From NCBI RefSeq assembly GCF_009914755.1, contig NC_060938.1: a DNA stretch of 64,000 nt; one strand, 5' to 3'. Positions within the stretch are counted from its first letter, which is position 1. Each line of letters begins with the position of its first letter. Under the pieces are notes generated by a model. It was not told the DNA's origin, ran no database searches, and was given only the letters and a program-made list of their open reading frames with translations. The position numbers and the translations under genes were made by a program. Shown here piece by piece: positions 49,230-63,804 of the stretch. Origin of the DNA: the human T2T-CHM13v2.0 reference genome, Homo sapiens.

Positions 49230-49608
49230 TGATATGCTTTGGCTGTGTCCCCACCCAACTCTCAACTTGAGCTGTAGTTCCCACAATCCCCATGTGGTGT
49301 GGGAAGGACCCGGTAGGAGGTAATTGAATCATGGGGGTGGTTACCTCCATTCTGTTCTTGGGATAGTGAATCAGTTCTCACAGGATCTGATGGTTTTATA
49401 AGGGGCTTCCCCCGCCACCTTCTCTCTGCACTTCTCCTTCCTGCCATCATGTGAAGAAGAATGTGTCTGCTTTCCCTTATGCCATGATTGTAAGTTTCCT
49501 GAGGCCTCCCTATCCATGCTGAACTGTGAGTCAATTAAGCCTCTTTCCTTTATAAATTACCCAGTCTCAAGTATGTCTTTATAAGCAGCATCAGAATTGA
49601 CTAATACA
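49230..49608 (+). mobile_element. THE1 solo LTR, TSD TCCAC/TCCAT
   Basis: tgatatg.tttggctgtgtccccaccc...ctaataca. Confidence 0.88.
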
Positions 49609-52384
49609 TCCATTCTCCCCATGCCTATACAACATAGTACTGAAAGTCCTAGCTGGAGCAATCAGACAAGAGAAAGAAACAATAGACATCAAAATAGGAA
49701 AAGAGGGAGTCAAATTATCTCTGTTCACTGTTGACATAGTCCTGTACCTAGAAAACGTTAAAGATTCATCCAAAAGACTCCTAGACCTGATAAACAAATT
49801 CAGTAGTTTCAAGATACAAAAATCAATGTACAAAAATCAGTAGAATGTGCAGCAATAACATTCAAGCTGAGAACCAAATCAAGAACTCAATTCCATCTAG
49901 AAATAGCCACACACAAAAAATAAGTAGGAATATGTTTAACCAAGAAGGCGAAAGACCTCTACAAGGAGAACTACAAAACACTTTTGAAAGAAATTATAGA
50001 TGATACAAACAAACGGAAAAACATTCCATGCTCATGGATTAGAAGAATCAATATAACTAAAATGACCAAACTGCCAAAAGATATCTACAGATTCAACACA
50101 ATTCCTATGAAATTACCAATGTCATTTTTCACAGCACTACAAAAAAATTACGGAAACTTCACATGGCACCAAAAAAGAGCCTGATTAACCAAAGAAATCC
50201 CAAACAAAAATAAAGCTGGAGACATCACATTACCCAAATTCAAATTTTACTGCTACACTACAAAAACAGATGCATAGATGAATGGAATAGAATAGAGAAC
50301 CCAGAAATAAAGCCACACCTCTACAACCATCTGATCTTTGACAAGGTTGGCAAAACCAATCAATGGTGAAAGGACTCCCTATTCAATAAATGGTGCTGGG
50401 GAAAACTGGCTAGCTATATAAAGAAGAATTAAACTGGACTTCTACCTCTCACCATATACAAAAATTAACTCAAATCAGATTAAAGACTCAACTGTAAGAC
50501 CTCAAACTATAAAAATCCTAGAAGAAAACCTAGGGAAAACTCTTCTGGATTGGCCCAAGCAAAGAATTTATGACTAAGACCTCAAAAACAAATGCAACAA
50601 AAACAAAAATAGACAAATCAGACTTAATTCAACTGAAGAGCTTTAGCATAGCAAAAGAAACAGTTTCAACACAGTAAACAGCCAGCCTACAGATGGGTGA
50701 ATATATTTGCAAACTACACATCTAACAAAGACTAATATCTATGATCTATAAGGAACATAAATCAACAAGAAAAAAAACAACCATTGAAAAGTAGGCAAAG
50801 GACATAAACAGATTTCTCAAAGGACATACAAGCAGCCAAAAAACATGAAAAAATGCTCAACATCACTAATCATCAGATAAAAATACAAATTAAAACCACA
50901 ATGAGATATCATCTCACACTGGTAATATGGCTATTACTAAAAAGTAAAAAAAAAATAGATGTTGGTATGGCTGTAGAGAAGAGAATGCTTATAAATTGTT
51001 GGTAGAGAATGTGAATTAGTTCAACCCCTGTAGAAAAATAGTATGGAGAATTCTCAAAGAACTAAAATAGAACTACCATTTGACCCAGCAATCCCACTAC
51101 TGGGTATATACTTAAAGGAAATGAAATCATTTTATCAAAAGGTCATGTGCACTTGTATGTTTATCACTGCACTATTCACAATAGCAAAATCATGCAATCA
51201 GCCTAAGTTTCTGTCAAAGGTGGATTGCATAAAGAAAATGTGGTACATATATACCATGGAATACTACACAGCCATAAAAAATGAGATTGTGTCCTTTGGA
51301 GCAACATGAATGCAGCTGGAGGCCATTACCCTAAGAGAATTAATGCAGAAACAGAAAATCAAATACTGCATGCTCTCACTTATCAATTGGCTAAACAATG
51401 GATACACAGGAGACATAAAGATAGAAATATTAGATACTAGGGATTCCAAGGGTGGGGGACGAAGATGGGAAAGAGTTGGAAAAACTACCTATTGGGTACT
51501 ACGTTTATTATTTGGGTGATGGGTTCATTAGAAGCCCAAACCCTAGGATTACCCAATACACCAACATAACAAGCACCACCTGAATTTATAATTTTTTAAA
51601 AAAAGACAGAGTGGCTGAGTGACTACAAAAACAAGATCCAACCAGATGCTGCCTACAAGAGACTCTCTTTAGCTATAAGGGTGCATTTAAGCTGAAAGTG
51701 AAGGGATAGAAAAGATATTTCATGAAAATGGTAATTAAAAGAGCACAGAGGTGGCTATTCTTATATCAGACAAAATGGACTTTACATCAAAAACTGTCAC
51801 AAGACACAAAAAAGATCATTGTATAATGATAAAAAGGTCAACTCATTAGGAAGACACAATTGCATATACCCAACATCAGGGCACCTAAAGATATAAAGCA
51901 AATATTAATAGAACAAAGAGGAAAGTAGATACCAATACAATAACAGATTTCAGTAGCCCACTCTCAACAGTGGAAAGGTCATCCAGACAGAAAATCAATA
52001 AAGAAACAGCAGACTTGAACAACACATTAAATCAAATAGACCTAACAGATTATATACAGAACAGTCTAGCCAACAGCAGTTCTTCTCAAGCACACACAGA
52101 ACATTCTTTAGAAGATCACCTTAGGCCACATAACAAGTTTTAACAGATTAAAGAAGACTGAAATATTTTTTCAACAATTATATGAAACTAGAAATCAATA
52201 AGAGGAAAGGTAAAACATTCACAAACGTGGAAATTAATACTCCTGAACTACCAGTTGGTCAAAGAAAAAAATTTTAAATGTCTTGAGACAAATGAAAACA
52301 CGACATACCAAAATTTGTAACAGGCAGCAAAAGCAGTACAAAGGGGAAATTTTATAGCAATATATGCTACATTAAGAAAGAAGA

Positions 52385-52720
<336 letters not shown>

Positions 52721-53227
52721 TCAAGGAATTAGAGAAAAACGAAGCCTGGTGTTAGCAAAAGGAAGAAACAACAAAGATCAGGGCAGAAATAAATGAAATA
52801 GAGACTAGAAAAACAAATCAAACAAGTGAATTTTTAAAACGCAGCATATATATATAATGGTATACCATTCAACCTTAAAAAATAAGAAAATCCTGCCATT
52901 TGCAGTAACATAGATGAACCTAGAGGGCATTATGCTAAGTAAAAAAAGCCAATCACAAACACACACAAATACTAGATGAATCTACTTTAATGAAGCACCA
53001 AAAAAAGATACTAGACTCACAGAAGCAGAGAGTAGAATGGCAGTTGCCAGAGGATAGAGGGGGAAGAAACATGAAATTGTTTTTCAATTGGTATAAATTT
53101 TCTGTAACACGAGATAAATAAGTTCTAGAGATCTGCTGCACAACATAGTACCTACAGTTAACAATATTGTATTGTGTACTTTAAAATATATGTATGTATA
53201 TATATATAAAATATAAATATATATATA

Positions 53228-53457
53228 TTTTTTGAGGCAGAGTCTTGCTCGGTCACTCAGGTTGCAATGCAGTGACGTGATCTCAGCTCACTGAAACCTC
53301 CACCTCTCAGGTTCAAGCGATTCTTCTGCTTCAGCCTCCCTAGTTGCTGGGACTACAGGTGCACACCACCACACCCAGCTAATTTTTGTATTTTTAGTAG
53401 AGATGGGGTTTCAGGAGTTTGAGACCAGCCTGGCCAATATGGTGAAACCCTGTGTCT
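53228..53457 (-). mobile_element. 5'-truncated Alu with an inverted terminal segment
   Basis: Antisense Alu to about 53413, then sense Alu sequence to 53457. Confidence 0.8.
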
Positions 53458-53959
53458 GCTTTTAAATACATTAAGTGAATAGATCCCACGTTAACTATTC
53501 TTTACAACACACCCATACCCACAAAAGAACACACAAAAAAATCTAGAGGCAACAGATATGTCTAATACCTTGTTCGTGGTAATGGTATCACCTAGTATAT
53601 GCACATATACAAACTAAACAAGACATATAAAGTTGTAAAATTTTGTTTAAAATTATACCTCAGTAAAACTAAAAAATATGCATATTATTAAAATTTTCAG
53701 TTGAGAGTTTGTTCTCAAGGGACATGCTGTTCAAAGTGAGATCTGAGATATACATAAGTAACTATAATTCTAGGTAAAAATAAGTGTCATAAGGAAGGTA
53801 TTACCAGACAACTATAGATCTTTAGAAGAGGGAAAGTTTTCTGGAAAGGCTTCTCAGAAAAGGTTGCATTTCAAAATGAGCCTTAAAAAGGAGACAAAAA
53901 TTTGAATATACAATATGGATAGACAGAAGACCCAAGTAGAGTCAATTAATAGTGTTGTG

Positions 53960-56900
53960 TGAGATTTTTCAAAAATATTTAAAACTACATGTTAAGGAAA
54001 ATACAACAGACTAAAGCTTACGGAATGCAGTTAGCATGTTTAACTCAATTCTAAAACTGCAAAAGAAAATCAAGCTGGCAAAATCAACAAGCTATGTATC
54101 CATCTCAAAAAGTTTAAAAAGAATAAAAATTAAAATAAATGAAAGTAGAATTGAGGCAATAATAAAGATCAGAAGTTAATAAAACAAAGATATCAACAGA
54201 AGTGTAGGTTTGTTCTTTGAAGATAAGAAAAAAAGTAAAACTTTACTAACACTGATCGGAAAAAGAGACAACTATCAATGCAACTGTCAGAAATTTTAGA
54301 AGGGGGCATAACAGCTTCTGCAGACGTTCAAATATCACACACTATTACAAACAACCTTTAGCCTTAACTTTAACTTTAATTTAGCCTTAACTTTAAATTT
54401 AAATAGACAAATTACTAACTAGAAAGATATAATTTACAAAAGCTGATAAAATTTTTTTTAAAAAATCTGAATAGGAAAGAAAATTAATCTACAACTAAAA
54501 CTCTTCTATCCAAATATAATACAAGTTTCATTGCTAGATTCTACCACACTGGAGGAAGAAATAAGAAAACTCATTCATTCATTCATGTACTCAATAGCCA
54601 TAAACAACTGACCCTCAGAAACTCAAGATCAACAGTGGATACTAACAAGCAGATGGCAATATCCGACATGTGCCATGTGCATGGAGTAATTCACAGAGAG
54701 CAGGGTAACAGAAGGAGGTCAGAACTACGTAGGGTACATAAAGAGGGTTGAGGAGGGACATGAGGGGGAAGGAGAATGGGCTTTGTAGCAGGTATTAGCA
54801 GTGCCCTGTGTTAAGCATGCCACTGAAACACTTACAAAAATAAATAGAATGACTTGCTAACGTTTTCCCGCTAGGGAAAGAGCTAGGATTAAGCTGCCTT
54901 CACAATAGACAGAAGGGGGATTCACAACCCAGTGAGACCAGAAAACTCAGGAAATGTTTCCCACAGTAAATGTTCCCTGAGCTGGGCTGTGAAGAATAAG
55001 CAAGAAGAAGGAAGGCAAAGAAAAGGGTAAGAAAGCCTAGGTACAAGAACAAGCATTCAAACACATAAAGGTCTTAGAAGCCCTTCCAGGAACCGCACTG
55101 TTTGGTATGCAAACTCTTTCATGGAAGAGAATATTTCCCAACTCATATGATGCTGACGTAACCTTGTTACCAAAATAAAAAAGAACTTACAGGAAAGAGA
55201 ATATTACAGGCTAATCTTAAGTGTTAAATCAAGTGTAAAATCCTAAACCAAATCTCAGCAAATTAAACTCAATAGTACATAAAAAAATAATATCATGAAA
55301 AAGTGGGGTTTATTCCTGAAATACAACATCGGTTAACATTTGGATGAAAATGAAAACAGTGTAATCCATCATCTTATCAGAAGAAAAGAGAAGTATCATC
55401 TGTTATCTCAACAGATGCTCCTCCCAAAAAAGTACATATAAAATGTGTTTGATAAAATTGAAAACTACTAGATTTCCACTGTCTGCCACAGTGGAGTAAC
55501 TGGCACCAAATACGTCCTCACATCATAAGAACTAGAACACTAGAACAAATATATGAAACAACTACTTTCAAGCCTTGAAAGAAAAATGGTTGGCACAGAA
55601 CTATAACCCCTAAAATTCATTTGAAACATAACAAAATTGGAGTTCTCACACATCCTGATTTCAAAACTTACCACAAAACTACAGTAATCAAAAACAGTGT
55701 AGTACTGGTATACAGACAGACGTATGGACCAACGGAATACCATAGAGTCTCTCAAATACAAGGTCAATCGTTTTTGACAAGTGCCAAGACTATTCAATGG
55801 AAAAAATAGTCTTTTCAACAAATGGAGTTGGGAAAACCGGATATACACATGCAAAAGAACAAGCTGGACTCTTACTTTACAGTATATTCAAAAATTAACT
55901 CAAAATGGATCAAAGAACTAAATGTAAGCGCTTAAACTGGAAAACACTTAGAAGAAAACATAAGGGAAGCACTTGATGCCATTGGATTTGGCAGTGATTT
56001 CTTGGATGACACCAAAAGCACAGGTAATAGAAGAAATAATAAATTGGACGTTAGAAAAATTAAAGTTTTTTGTACATCAATGGACACTATCAACAGAATG
56101 AAAAACAACTCACACAGAATAGGAGAAAATCTTTGTGAATCATAAAACTAATACTGAATTCACATCCAGAATATATAAAAGAACTTCTACAATTCAAAAC
56201 CACCAAAAAAAATCATTTTTTAAAATGATCTTTGACAAAGTCAACAAAAATAAATGCTGGGGAAAGGATACCCTATTCAGTAAGTGGTGCAGGAAAAACT
56301 GACTAGGTATATGCAGAAGAATGAAATTGGGCCTCTAATACTCACCATATACAAAAACTACCTCAGGATGTGCCAAAGACTCAAATGTAAGACCTCAAAT
56401 TATAAAGATCCTAGAAGAAAATCTAGGGAAAACTCTTCTGGACATTGGCCTAGGTGAAGAACTTATGACTAAGACCTCAAAGGCAAATGCAACAAAAACA
56501 AAAAATAGACAAATGAGACTCACTTGAACTACAGCGTCTGCACAGCGAAAGAAACAATCAACAGAATAAGCAGACAACCTGCAGACTGGGAGAAATTATT
56601 TGCACATTATGCATCCAACAAAGCACTAATATCCAGAATCTATAAGGATCTTAAATAAATGAACAAGAATAAAACAAATAACATTAAAAGTGGGCAAAGG
56701 ACATGAACAGATGCCTGTTTTTTAAATTTTAGATTCAGGAGGTACACATGGGGGTTTGATACAAGGGTATATTGTGTGATGCTGAGGTTTGGACTTCTAA
56801 TGATGCTGTTGCCGAAGTAGGGAACATAGTACTTGATAAGTTTTTCAACGCTTGCCCCCCTCCCTCCCCACTTTTGGAATCTTAAGTGCTTATTGTTCCC

Positions 56901-59200
56901 ATCTTTGTGTCTATGTGCACTCAATGTATAGCTCCCACTTGTAAGTCAGAACATGTGGTATTTGGTTTTCCATTTCTGTGTTAATTTGCTTAGGATGATG
57001 GCCTCCAGCTGCTTTCATGTTGCTGCAAAGGACATTATTTGATTCACTTTTATGGCTGCATAGTATTCCATGGTGTATAGGTACATTTTTAAAATCCAAT
57101 CCACTCTTGATGGGCACCTTGACTGATTCCATGTCTTTGCTGTTGTTAATAGTGCTGCAATAAACATACAAGTGCAGGTGTCTTTTTGGTAGAATGAGCT
57201 ACTTTCCTTTGGTAGGATACCCAGTAATGGGATTGCTGGGTCGAATGGGACTTCTATTTTTAGATCTTTGCAAAAATCTCCAAACTGCTTTCCACAGGTG
57301 CAGAAATAATTTACATTCCCACCAAGTGTGTAAGTGTTCCCTTTTCTCCACATCCTTGCCAACATCTGTTTTTTGACTTTTTAATAATAGCCATCCTGAC
57401 TGACATGAGATGGTATCTCGTCGTGGTTTTAATTTGCATTTCTCTGATGATTAGTAATATTAAGCATTTTTTTCGTTTTTTGGCTGCTTGTATGTCTTTT
57501 TGGAAGTGTCTGCTCAAAAAGTCCTAGCCAGAGCAATTAGGCAAGACAAAGAATTAAAAGGCATACACATAGGGAAAAAAGGAAGTCAAAATATCTCTCT
57601 TCAGTGACAATATGATTCTATACCTAGAAAACTCTAAGGATTCTGCCAAAGACTCCTAGACATAATAAATAATTTAAGCAAAGTCTCAGGATACAAAATC
57701 AGCATATAAAAATCTGTAGGATTTCTATACACCAATAATGTTCAAGCTGCAAACCAAACCAAGAATGCAATTCCATTTATAATAGACACAAAACAAAATA
57801 CCTAAGAATACATCATCCAACTAAGGAGGCAAAAGATCTCTATAATGAGAACCACAAAACATCGCTGAAAGAAATCATAGATGACACAAATAAATGGAAA
57901 TGCATTCCACACTCATGGATTGGCCAAGGCAATCCTAAACAAAAGAATAAAGTCAGAAGCATCACATTATCCAACCTGAAACTATATTACAAGACTACAG
58001 TAACCAAAACAGCATAGTACTGGTACAAAAACAGACACATAGACCAATGGAACATAATAGAGGCCCCTGAAATAAAGCCACACACCTACAATCGATATTT
58101 GACAAAGTCAACAAAAATAAACAATAATAAAACACACACACACATCCAGTCTAAAAAATTAAATTTAAAAAAATGTTCAGAGCACTTGAATAGATGTTTC
58201 AAAAGGAGCTAAACTAATAGCCAATAAGCACATGAAAATCTTAATATCACTAGTCATTAGGGATTGCAAATCAAAACCAGAGTGATCCCAGCTTGCACCT
58301 ATTAGGATAGCTATTAACAGAAAATCACAAGGATTGGTGAGGATGTGGAGAAATTGGAGCCCTCAGGGATTGCTGGTTGAAATGTAAAATGGTACAGCTG
58401 CCATTGAAAACAGCATGGTGGTTCCTCAAAAAGTTAAAAATAGAATTACCACTTCTGAATACACACACAAAAGAATTGGATGCAGGGACTCAAACAGATA
58501 TTTGTACATCAGTGTTCATAGAAGCATTATTCACAATAGCCAAAAGATGGAAACAACTCAAATGTCCACTGAAAGATGAATAAACAAAACAAGATGTGTG
58601 TCCACACACATAGATACTGAAATATTACTCAGCCTTAAAAAGGAAATTCTGACACATGCTACAATACAGAATAACCCTTGAAGACATCATGCTAAGTCAA
58701 ACGACAAATACTGTAAGATTCCATTTATATGAGGTACCTAGTCAATGTCAGAAAGTAGAATGGTGGTTGCCAGGAGCTAGAGGAAAAAGGGAAAGTGGAG
58801 TTACTGTTTAATGGGTACAGAGTTTCCATTTGGGATAACAAAGTTCTGGAGATGAATAATGGTGAAGTGAAAGTACAACATGAATGTATTTCACGTTGAT
58901 GAACCAATAAAAAAAATGTGCAGAAGACCTGAAAACACAAAAATGAGTATCCAAGTAGCCAAACATATGAAAAAATGTTCATCACCAATTACCAGGAAAT
59001 GTAAACTGCAGCCCCCAAAAGATACCACTGAACACATGACTAAATTTTTCCTTGGCAATATCAAGGGTCAACAAAGGTGTGGTACAACTGGAGCCTTATA
59101 CTCTGCTGGCTGGAGTATAAACTGGTATAACCATTTTGGTAAGTATTTTCACATCATCAACTAAAGTTGAATAAAGGGAGCTTCATGAGCCAGCAATTTG
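53960..59200 (+). mobile_element. Mosaic of old L1M ORF2 and 3' fragments, containing the rearranged L1PB-like insert at 56226-58121
   Basis: Degenerate ORF2 and 3' UTR sequence; minus-strand L1 3' end at 56718-57515. Confidence 0.7.
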
Positions 59201-59230
59201 AATAAAATAGTAAAATGAGCCTATGTACAC

Positions 59231-59688
59231 TGCATTAGTTCCCTAGAGCTGCCCTAACAAAGTACAACAATCTGGGGGACTTAAACAATAAATTTATTGT
59301 CTCAAAATTCTGGAGGCTGAAAATCCAAAATCAAAGTGTCAGCAGGGATATGGGCTATGCTTTCTCTGAAACCTGTAGGGGAATCCTTCTTTGCCTCTTA
59401 GCTTCTGGTGACTGGCCGGAAATCTTTGGCATTCCTTGGCTTGTAGACGCATCACTCCGATCCTCCATCTTCACATGGCATTCTCCCTTTGTCTCTTCAC
59501 ACAGCTTTCCTTTTATAAAGACACCAGTCATATCAGATAAGAGGCCCACTCTACTCCAGTATGGCCTCATCTTAACCCATAACATCTGCAATTACCCTGT
59601 TTTCAAATGAGGTCACATTCTAAGGTACTGGGGGTTAAGATTTCTGTATACCTTGTTTGAAGAAGATGACACAATTCAGCCCATAATA
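59231..59688 (-). mobile_element. MLT1 solo LTR (MLT1B/C-like)
   Basis: tgcattagtt.cctag.gctgcc.taacaaagtac...acaattcagcccata, the reverse orientation of MLT1. Confidence 0.8.
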
Positions 59689-60179
59689 TACACCAAAAAG
59701 CAATATAATATTCACACGATTAGAATATTCCTGAAATTGCATCTTACAGGTTCATAAAAATAGAATATTTATAAAAGCAATTTTAATAGCCAAAAACTAT
59801 GAACAACACAAATGTCTATCACCATTAGAATGAATCCTAAAGTTGTAATATATTCATGAAACATAATACTACACAGAAATTAAAATAACTACAAATGAAA
59901 CAACTCTGATGAACATCACAGACATAAAAGAAGTCATACATGAAATGCACACATTGAACCAATTATATTAAATTTTTAAAATAGGCAATCTAAACATTTA
60001 TTTAGGGATGCATGGTTACAGACTAAAACTGCAAAGACAAGTGATTACCATAAAACTGAGGATGAAGGTGATTAAGCGTTAAAATCAGGAGGGGACATAA
60101 AGGAGCTTCTGGGGTACTAGCAAAGTTCAATTTCTTAACCCACATAAGTTACACGATTACAATGAGTTTTACTCCATTA

Positions 60180-61290
60180 CTGACCCTGTCAGTTGAAAAG
60201 GCCTAGAAGCAATGACACCCCAGTAGCAATGAACATACCCAGCACGCAGATCTTGATTTCCAAATGCTATTCTCCACTAAAAGAAATAGAAGTGCCTGGC
60301 TCCAGCGTTGAAATGAGCCTGGAATATCTGATTGTGCTCAACAGCAAAGAAATCACTCAATGGATGATTAAGTCATATCAAAAGGACACAGGATCAGCTT
60401 GAAGGAGCTCCCATTGGCCTGATTTAGGACAATTTGGGCATCAATATGAATGATAGTAAAGAAATATACACACTGAAGAAAATAAGAATCCAGGAGTCCA
60501 CAAAGATATTTTTAGAAAGGAAGGAGAAATGAAAGCTGTTTATAGCAGGAAGCTAACTAATAACATAAAACAATGAAATCAGAAAATCACCATTTGGCAA
60601 CCATCAGAGTAATAAATGATTCAGGCAAGACTTATCAATGGAGGCTAGCCAGTGGGTAAAAGTTTGAGAAATAACAGGATACTCAGAGCCTTAAAATATT
60701 CCAAGATACTTATAAAAGGAAAAATAACTTTACAGTGGAGTAACCTTATAGACACTAACTTAACCAAGTGATTAATGTTAACATCACCAGAAACGGAGCA
60801 AACTGACAGCATGTGCCTCCGTAAGCATCTTTTCTATGGCATTCCTCACAAAAATGCATGAGGTGAATTTCATCATGAGAATATATCAAACAGACCCAAA
60901 TTGAGAGACATTCCACAAAATGCATGGCTTCAACTACAAATATCAAGGTTATGAAAAACAAGCAAGATTAAAGAACTATTCCAGGTTACAGGAGACTGAA
61001 AAGACAGGACAACTAAATGTGGCCCATAACTCAGGATTTTCTTCTGTTGTAAATGACATTATTGGCACCACTGGTGAAACACAAATAACATCGAAAGAGA
61101 GAGAGAGAAAGAGAGAAACAGCGACAGGAGAGCAAGAGTCAGAGACAGAAGAAAGAGAGAAAGAAAATAAAGACTAAAATACAGAAAAATGGTAACAGAT
61201 AGAGAAGTAGGGTAAAAGGTATATATAGGAATTCTTTGTACTATTCTTACAACTTTTCTGTTTGCCGGAAATTATGTCAAAATAAGAAGT
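60180..61290 (+). mobile_element. L1MC/MD-type 3' end
   Basis: aggcctagaagcaatgacaccccagtagcaatg and cttaaccaagtgatta motifs. Confidence 0.6.
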
Positions 61291-62124
61291 TGAAAGACAA
61301 AAATCTCACACAATACATAAAATTAGACATTTCATAAAAGCAGAAAAAGATGAGAAATTCTTCAACTACTTTAAATACTAAAATACCACTTTTGCTACTT
61401 AACACTAAAAACATAAATGACAAAATTCAGTGGTAGCAATTCTGGAAAACCTGATACATACTTTCAAACTTCGCTGTTTGAGTGATCACTAGTCCAACAT
61501 TTTGAGGAACAACTTAGCAATATGGACTAAGAGCAATAAAAATGCAGAGACTCTAGTGATTCCACTTCTGGAACTCTATCCTAAGGAAATAAATACCAAA
61601 CACTGAAAAGGCATTATACAAAGATATAATCACAGCAGTCTTATATAAAATAATGTAAACTGGGAAAAATCCCAAATATAAGACAGAAAGAAAACTGAGA
61701 TACAATCATTTACAGAAATTCGGACACTAAAACAGTCTATAAAAACTACATAAACATGGGGAAAAGCTTACAACAGATATAATAAAGTAAAATTGTACGA
61801 AAGGAATGATTAAAGTACAGTTTTAAAAGCATCTACATGCAGCAAGCACACTCAGCCCCCTTGCCATGAGATACCCTGTGCTGCCTAGGGACTTTGCAGA
61901 CTTCCTACCAGCAAGAAGGCCCTCACCAGATGGAGCCAATCAATGCTGGACTTCTCAGCCTCCATAACTTTAAAAAAAATAAAATTCCTTTTCTTTATTG
62001 AAAAAAGAAGTATCTACACACAGAATAAGATTAAAATTCACAACACTGTTACAGTATTTATAGGGTAATGGTATTGGTGAGTGAGGTTTTTCCTTTTCTT
62101 CATCTTCCAAAATGTCAGCAACTG

Positions 62125-62278
62125 TTTATTTTAATACTGAGGATTATGTAACTGAACAAAAAGAAATATGCTTAGTTACTACTTTAACATCCTTTATGTC
62201 TTCAAAGTGCATCTGAAAAATATCAGTTATGATGAAGAAAAAAGTCATGATGAAGCAATATATACAAATACCTTTATT
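62125..62278 (-). terminator. Candidate MED6 poly(A) signals AATAAA (62273-62278, 62125-62130)
   Basis: Plus-strand TTTATT hexamers downstream of the stop codon. Confidence 0.4.
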
Positions 62279-62400
62279 TTGCTTTTAAACATATCTACCA
62301 GTAAACATGTGAGTGTGTAGGTTGCTCAAGTCCGGGAGAGGAAAGGTTACAGAAGACATATAACAAATATTCACAAGAAATCATGATGGGAATAATATCT

Positions 62401-62696
62401 TTTCTTCTTTTTTGAGACAAAGTCTCGCTCTGTCGCCCAAGCTGGAGTGCAACAGCATGATAATCAGCTCAGGGCAACCTCCACCTCCCGGGTTCAAGCA
62501 AGTCTCCTGTCTCAGCCTCCCGAGTAGCTGGGACTATGGGCGCCCGCCACCACGCCCGGCTAATTTTTGTATTTTTAGTAGAGACGGGGTTTCACCATAT
62601 TGGTCAGGCTGGTCTTGAACTTCTGACCTCAAGTGATCCACCCGCCATGGCCTCCCAAAGTGCTGGGATTACAGGCGTGAGCCACCACATCCGGCC
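62401..62696 (-). mobile_element. AluS downstream of the MED6 stop (3' UTR region, sense to MED6), TSD TAATATC
   Basis: Antisense dimer with flanking repeat. Confidence 0.9.
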
Positions 62697-62833
62697 TAAT
62701 ATCCTTTCAAAAAATAAGCGCATTCCATACAAATAAGAAGGTTACAATAAAGTACTTCAAAGCTCAAGAGCCACAGTACTGAGGTATGATAACTAGCATG
62801 AGGAGTCTTCCAGGCTTCTCTTTTGTCCAGTAC

Positions 62834-62964
62834 TCACTGAAGTCTCATCCGTTTTTCAGGGGGGCCTTTAGCACTCACTGTCTGTTGTACATTCTTTGTG
62901 GTCTCCTTCTCCTCAGGTTTTACAGTTTCTGGTATAGGTTCTGCCTCTTTCTTTGTTTGATCCA
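62834..62964 (-). CDS. MED6: Mediator subunit 6, last coding exon
   Basis: After ...ctag, translates (V)[42 protein letters not shown], which I recognise as the MED6 C-terminus; too short for the ORF track. Confidence 0.9.
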
Positions 62965-63475
62965 CTAGATATCAAAAGTAGATTTTTTGGGAGGGAGATA
63001 TGGGTGGGGGGAATGAGATAAATGGTTAATATGAATGGCTCACATTTTCAAATTCATTTTTAACTGCTTATCTCAAGTTCTAGATCTAGCTGTTTCCCCA
63101 GGCAGATGTATACAAGAACCCAGTTACAAACCTAACAACCTGAAAACTCAAGGAAATTAATGATACTAGACAAAACTACATAGCATTTAAGTAAGACAGT
63201 ATGTAAAAACAAGATATATAATTATTCTAACCCAGTACCATGATGGTTCAATACCTGTTTTCAATAATGTAACAGAAAACATCATTGTGTAAAAATACAG
63301 ATTTGATGAAGAAACCTCGAATCACAGTGGCTTCCTCACACCTCCTCAATACCTACTTTTTCCCTCCCAATTCATCTTTTCACTACCACAATCACTACCA
63401 CAATGGCACCACCTGCTGACAGTTCAGCAGCTCTCAAAGATTAAGAGTAAAAAACTACAATGGGAGACTCTAGAA

Positions 63476-63660
63476 CAAGACTGTTCAACCCACCGCCCAC
63501 GGGCAGCATGAGGCCCAGGATGGCTTTGAATGTGGCCCAACACAAATCTGTAAACTTCCTTAAAACATTATGAGACTTTTTTTTTTTTTTCAGCTCATCA
63601 GCCATCATTAGTGTTATTTTATGTGTGACCCAAGACAATTCTTCTTCCAATGAGACCCAG
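63476..63660. mobile_element. MER30 fragment in the last MED6 intron
   Basis: Homologous to the copy at 35693-35890. Confidence 0.8.
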
Positions 63661-63776
63661 CCCCAGCTCTAGAAGGACAAAATGACCACAGCTCATTTCA
63701 CATGCTATACTTGTGATTGATTTACAAGCTGTTTGACCTTATTTCAAGCGTAATAAGAATATTACATGAACCATAC

Positions 63777-63804
63777 CTGGAACAGGCTTTTCTCCAGGCT
63801 TTAG
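63777..63804 (-). CDS. MED6: Mediator subunit 6, penultimate 28-nt exon
   Basis: ttatag|CTAAAGCCTGGAGAAAAGCCTGTTCCAG|gtatgg encodes LKPGEKPVP plus G, joining in phase with TG of the last exon; long pyrimidine tract upstream. Confidence 0.88.
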
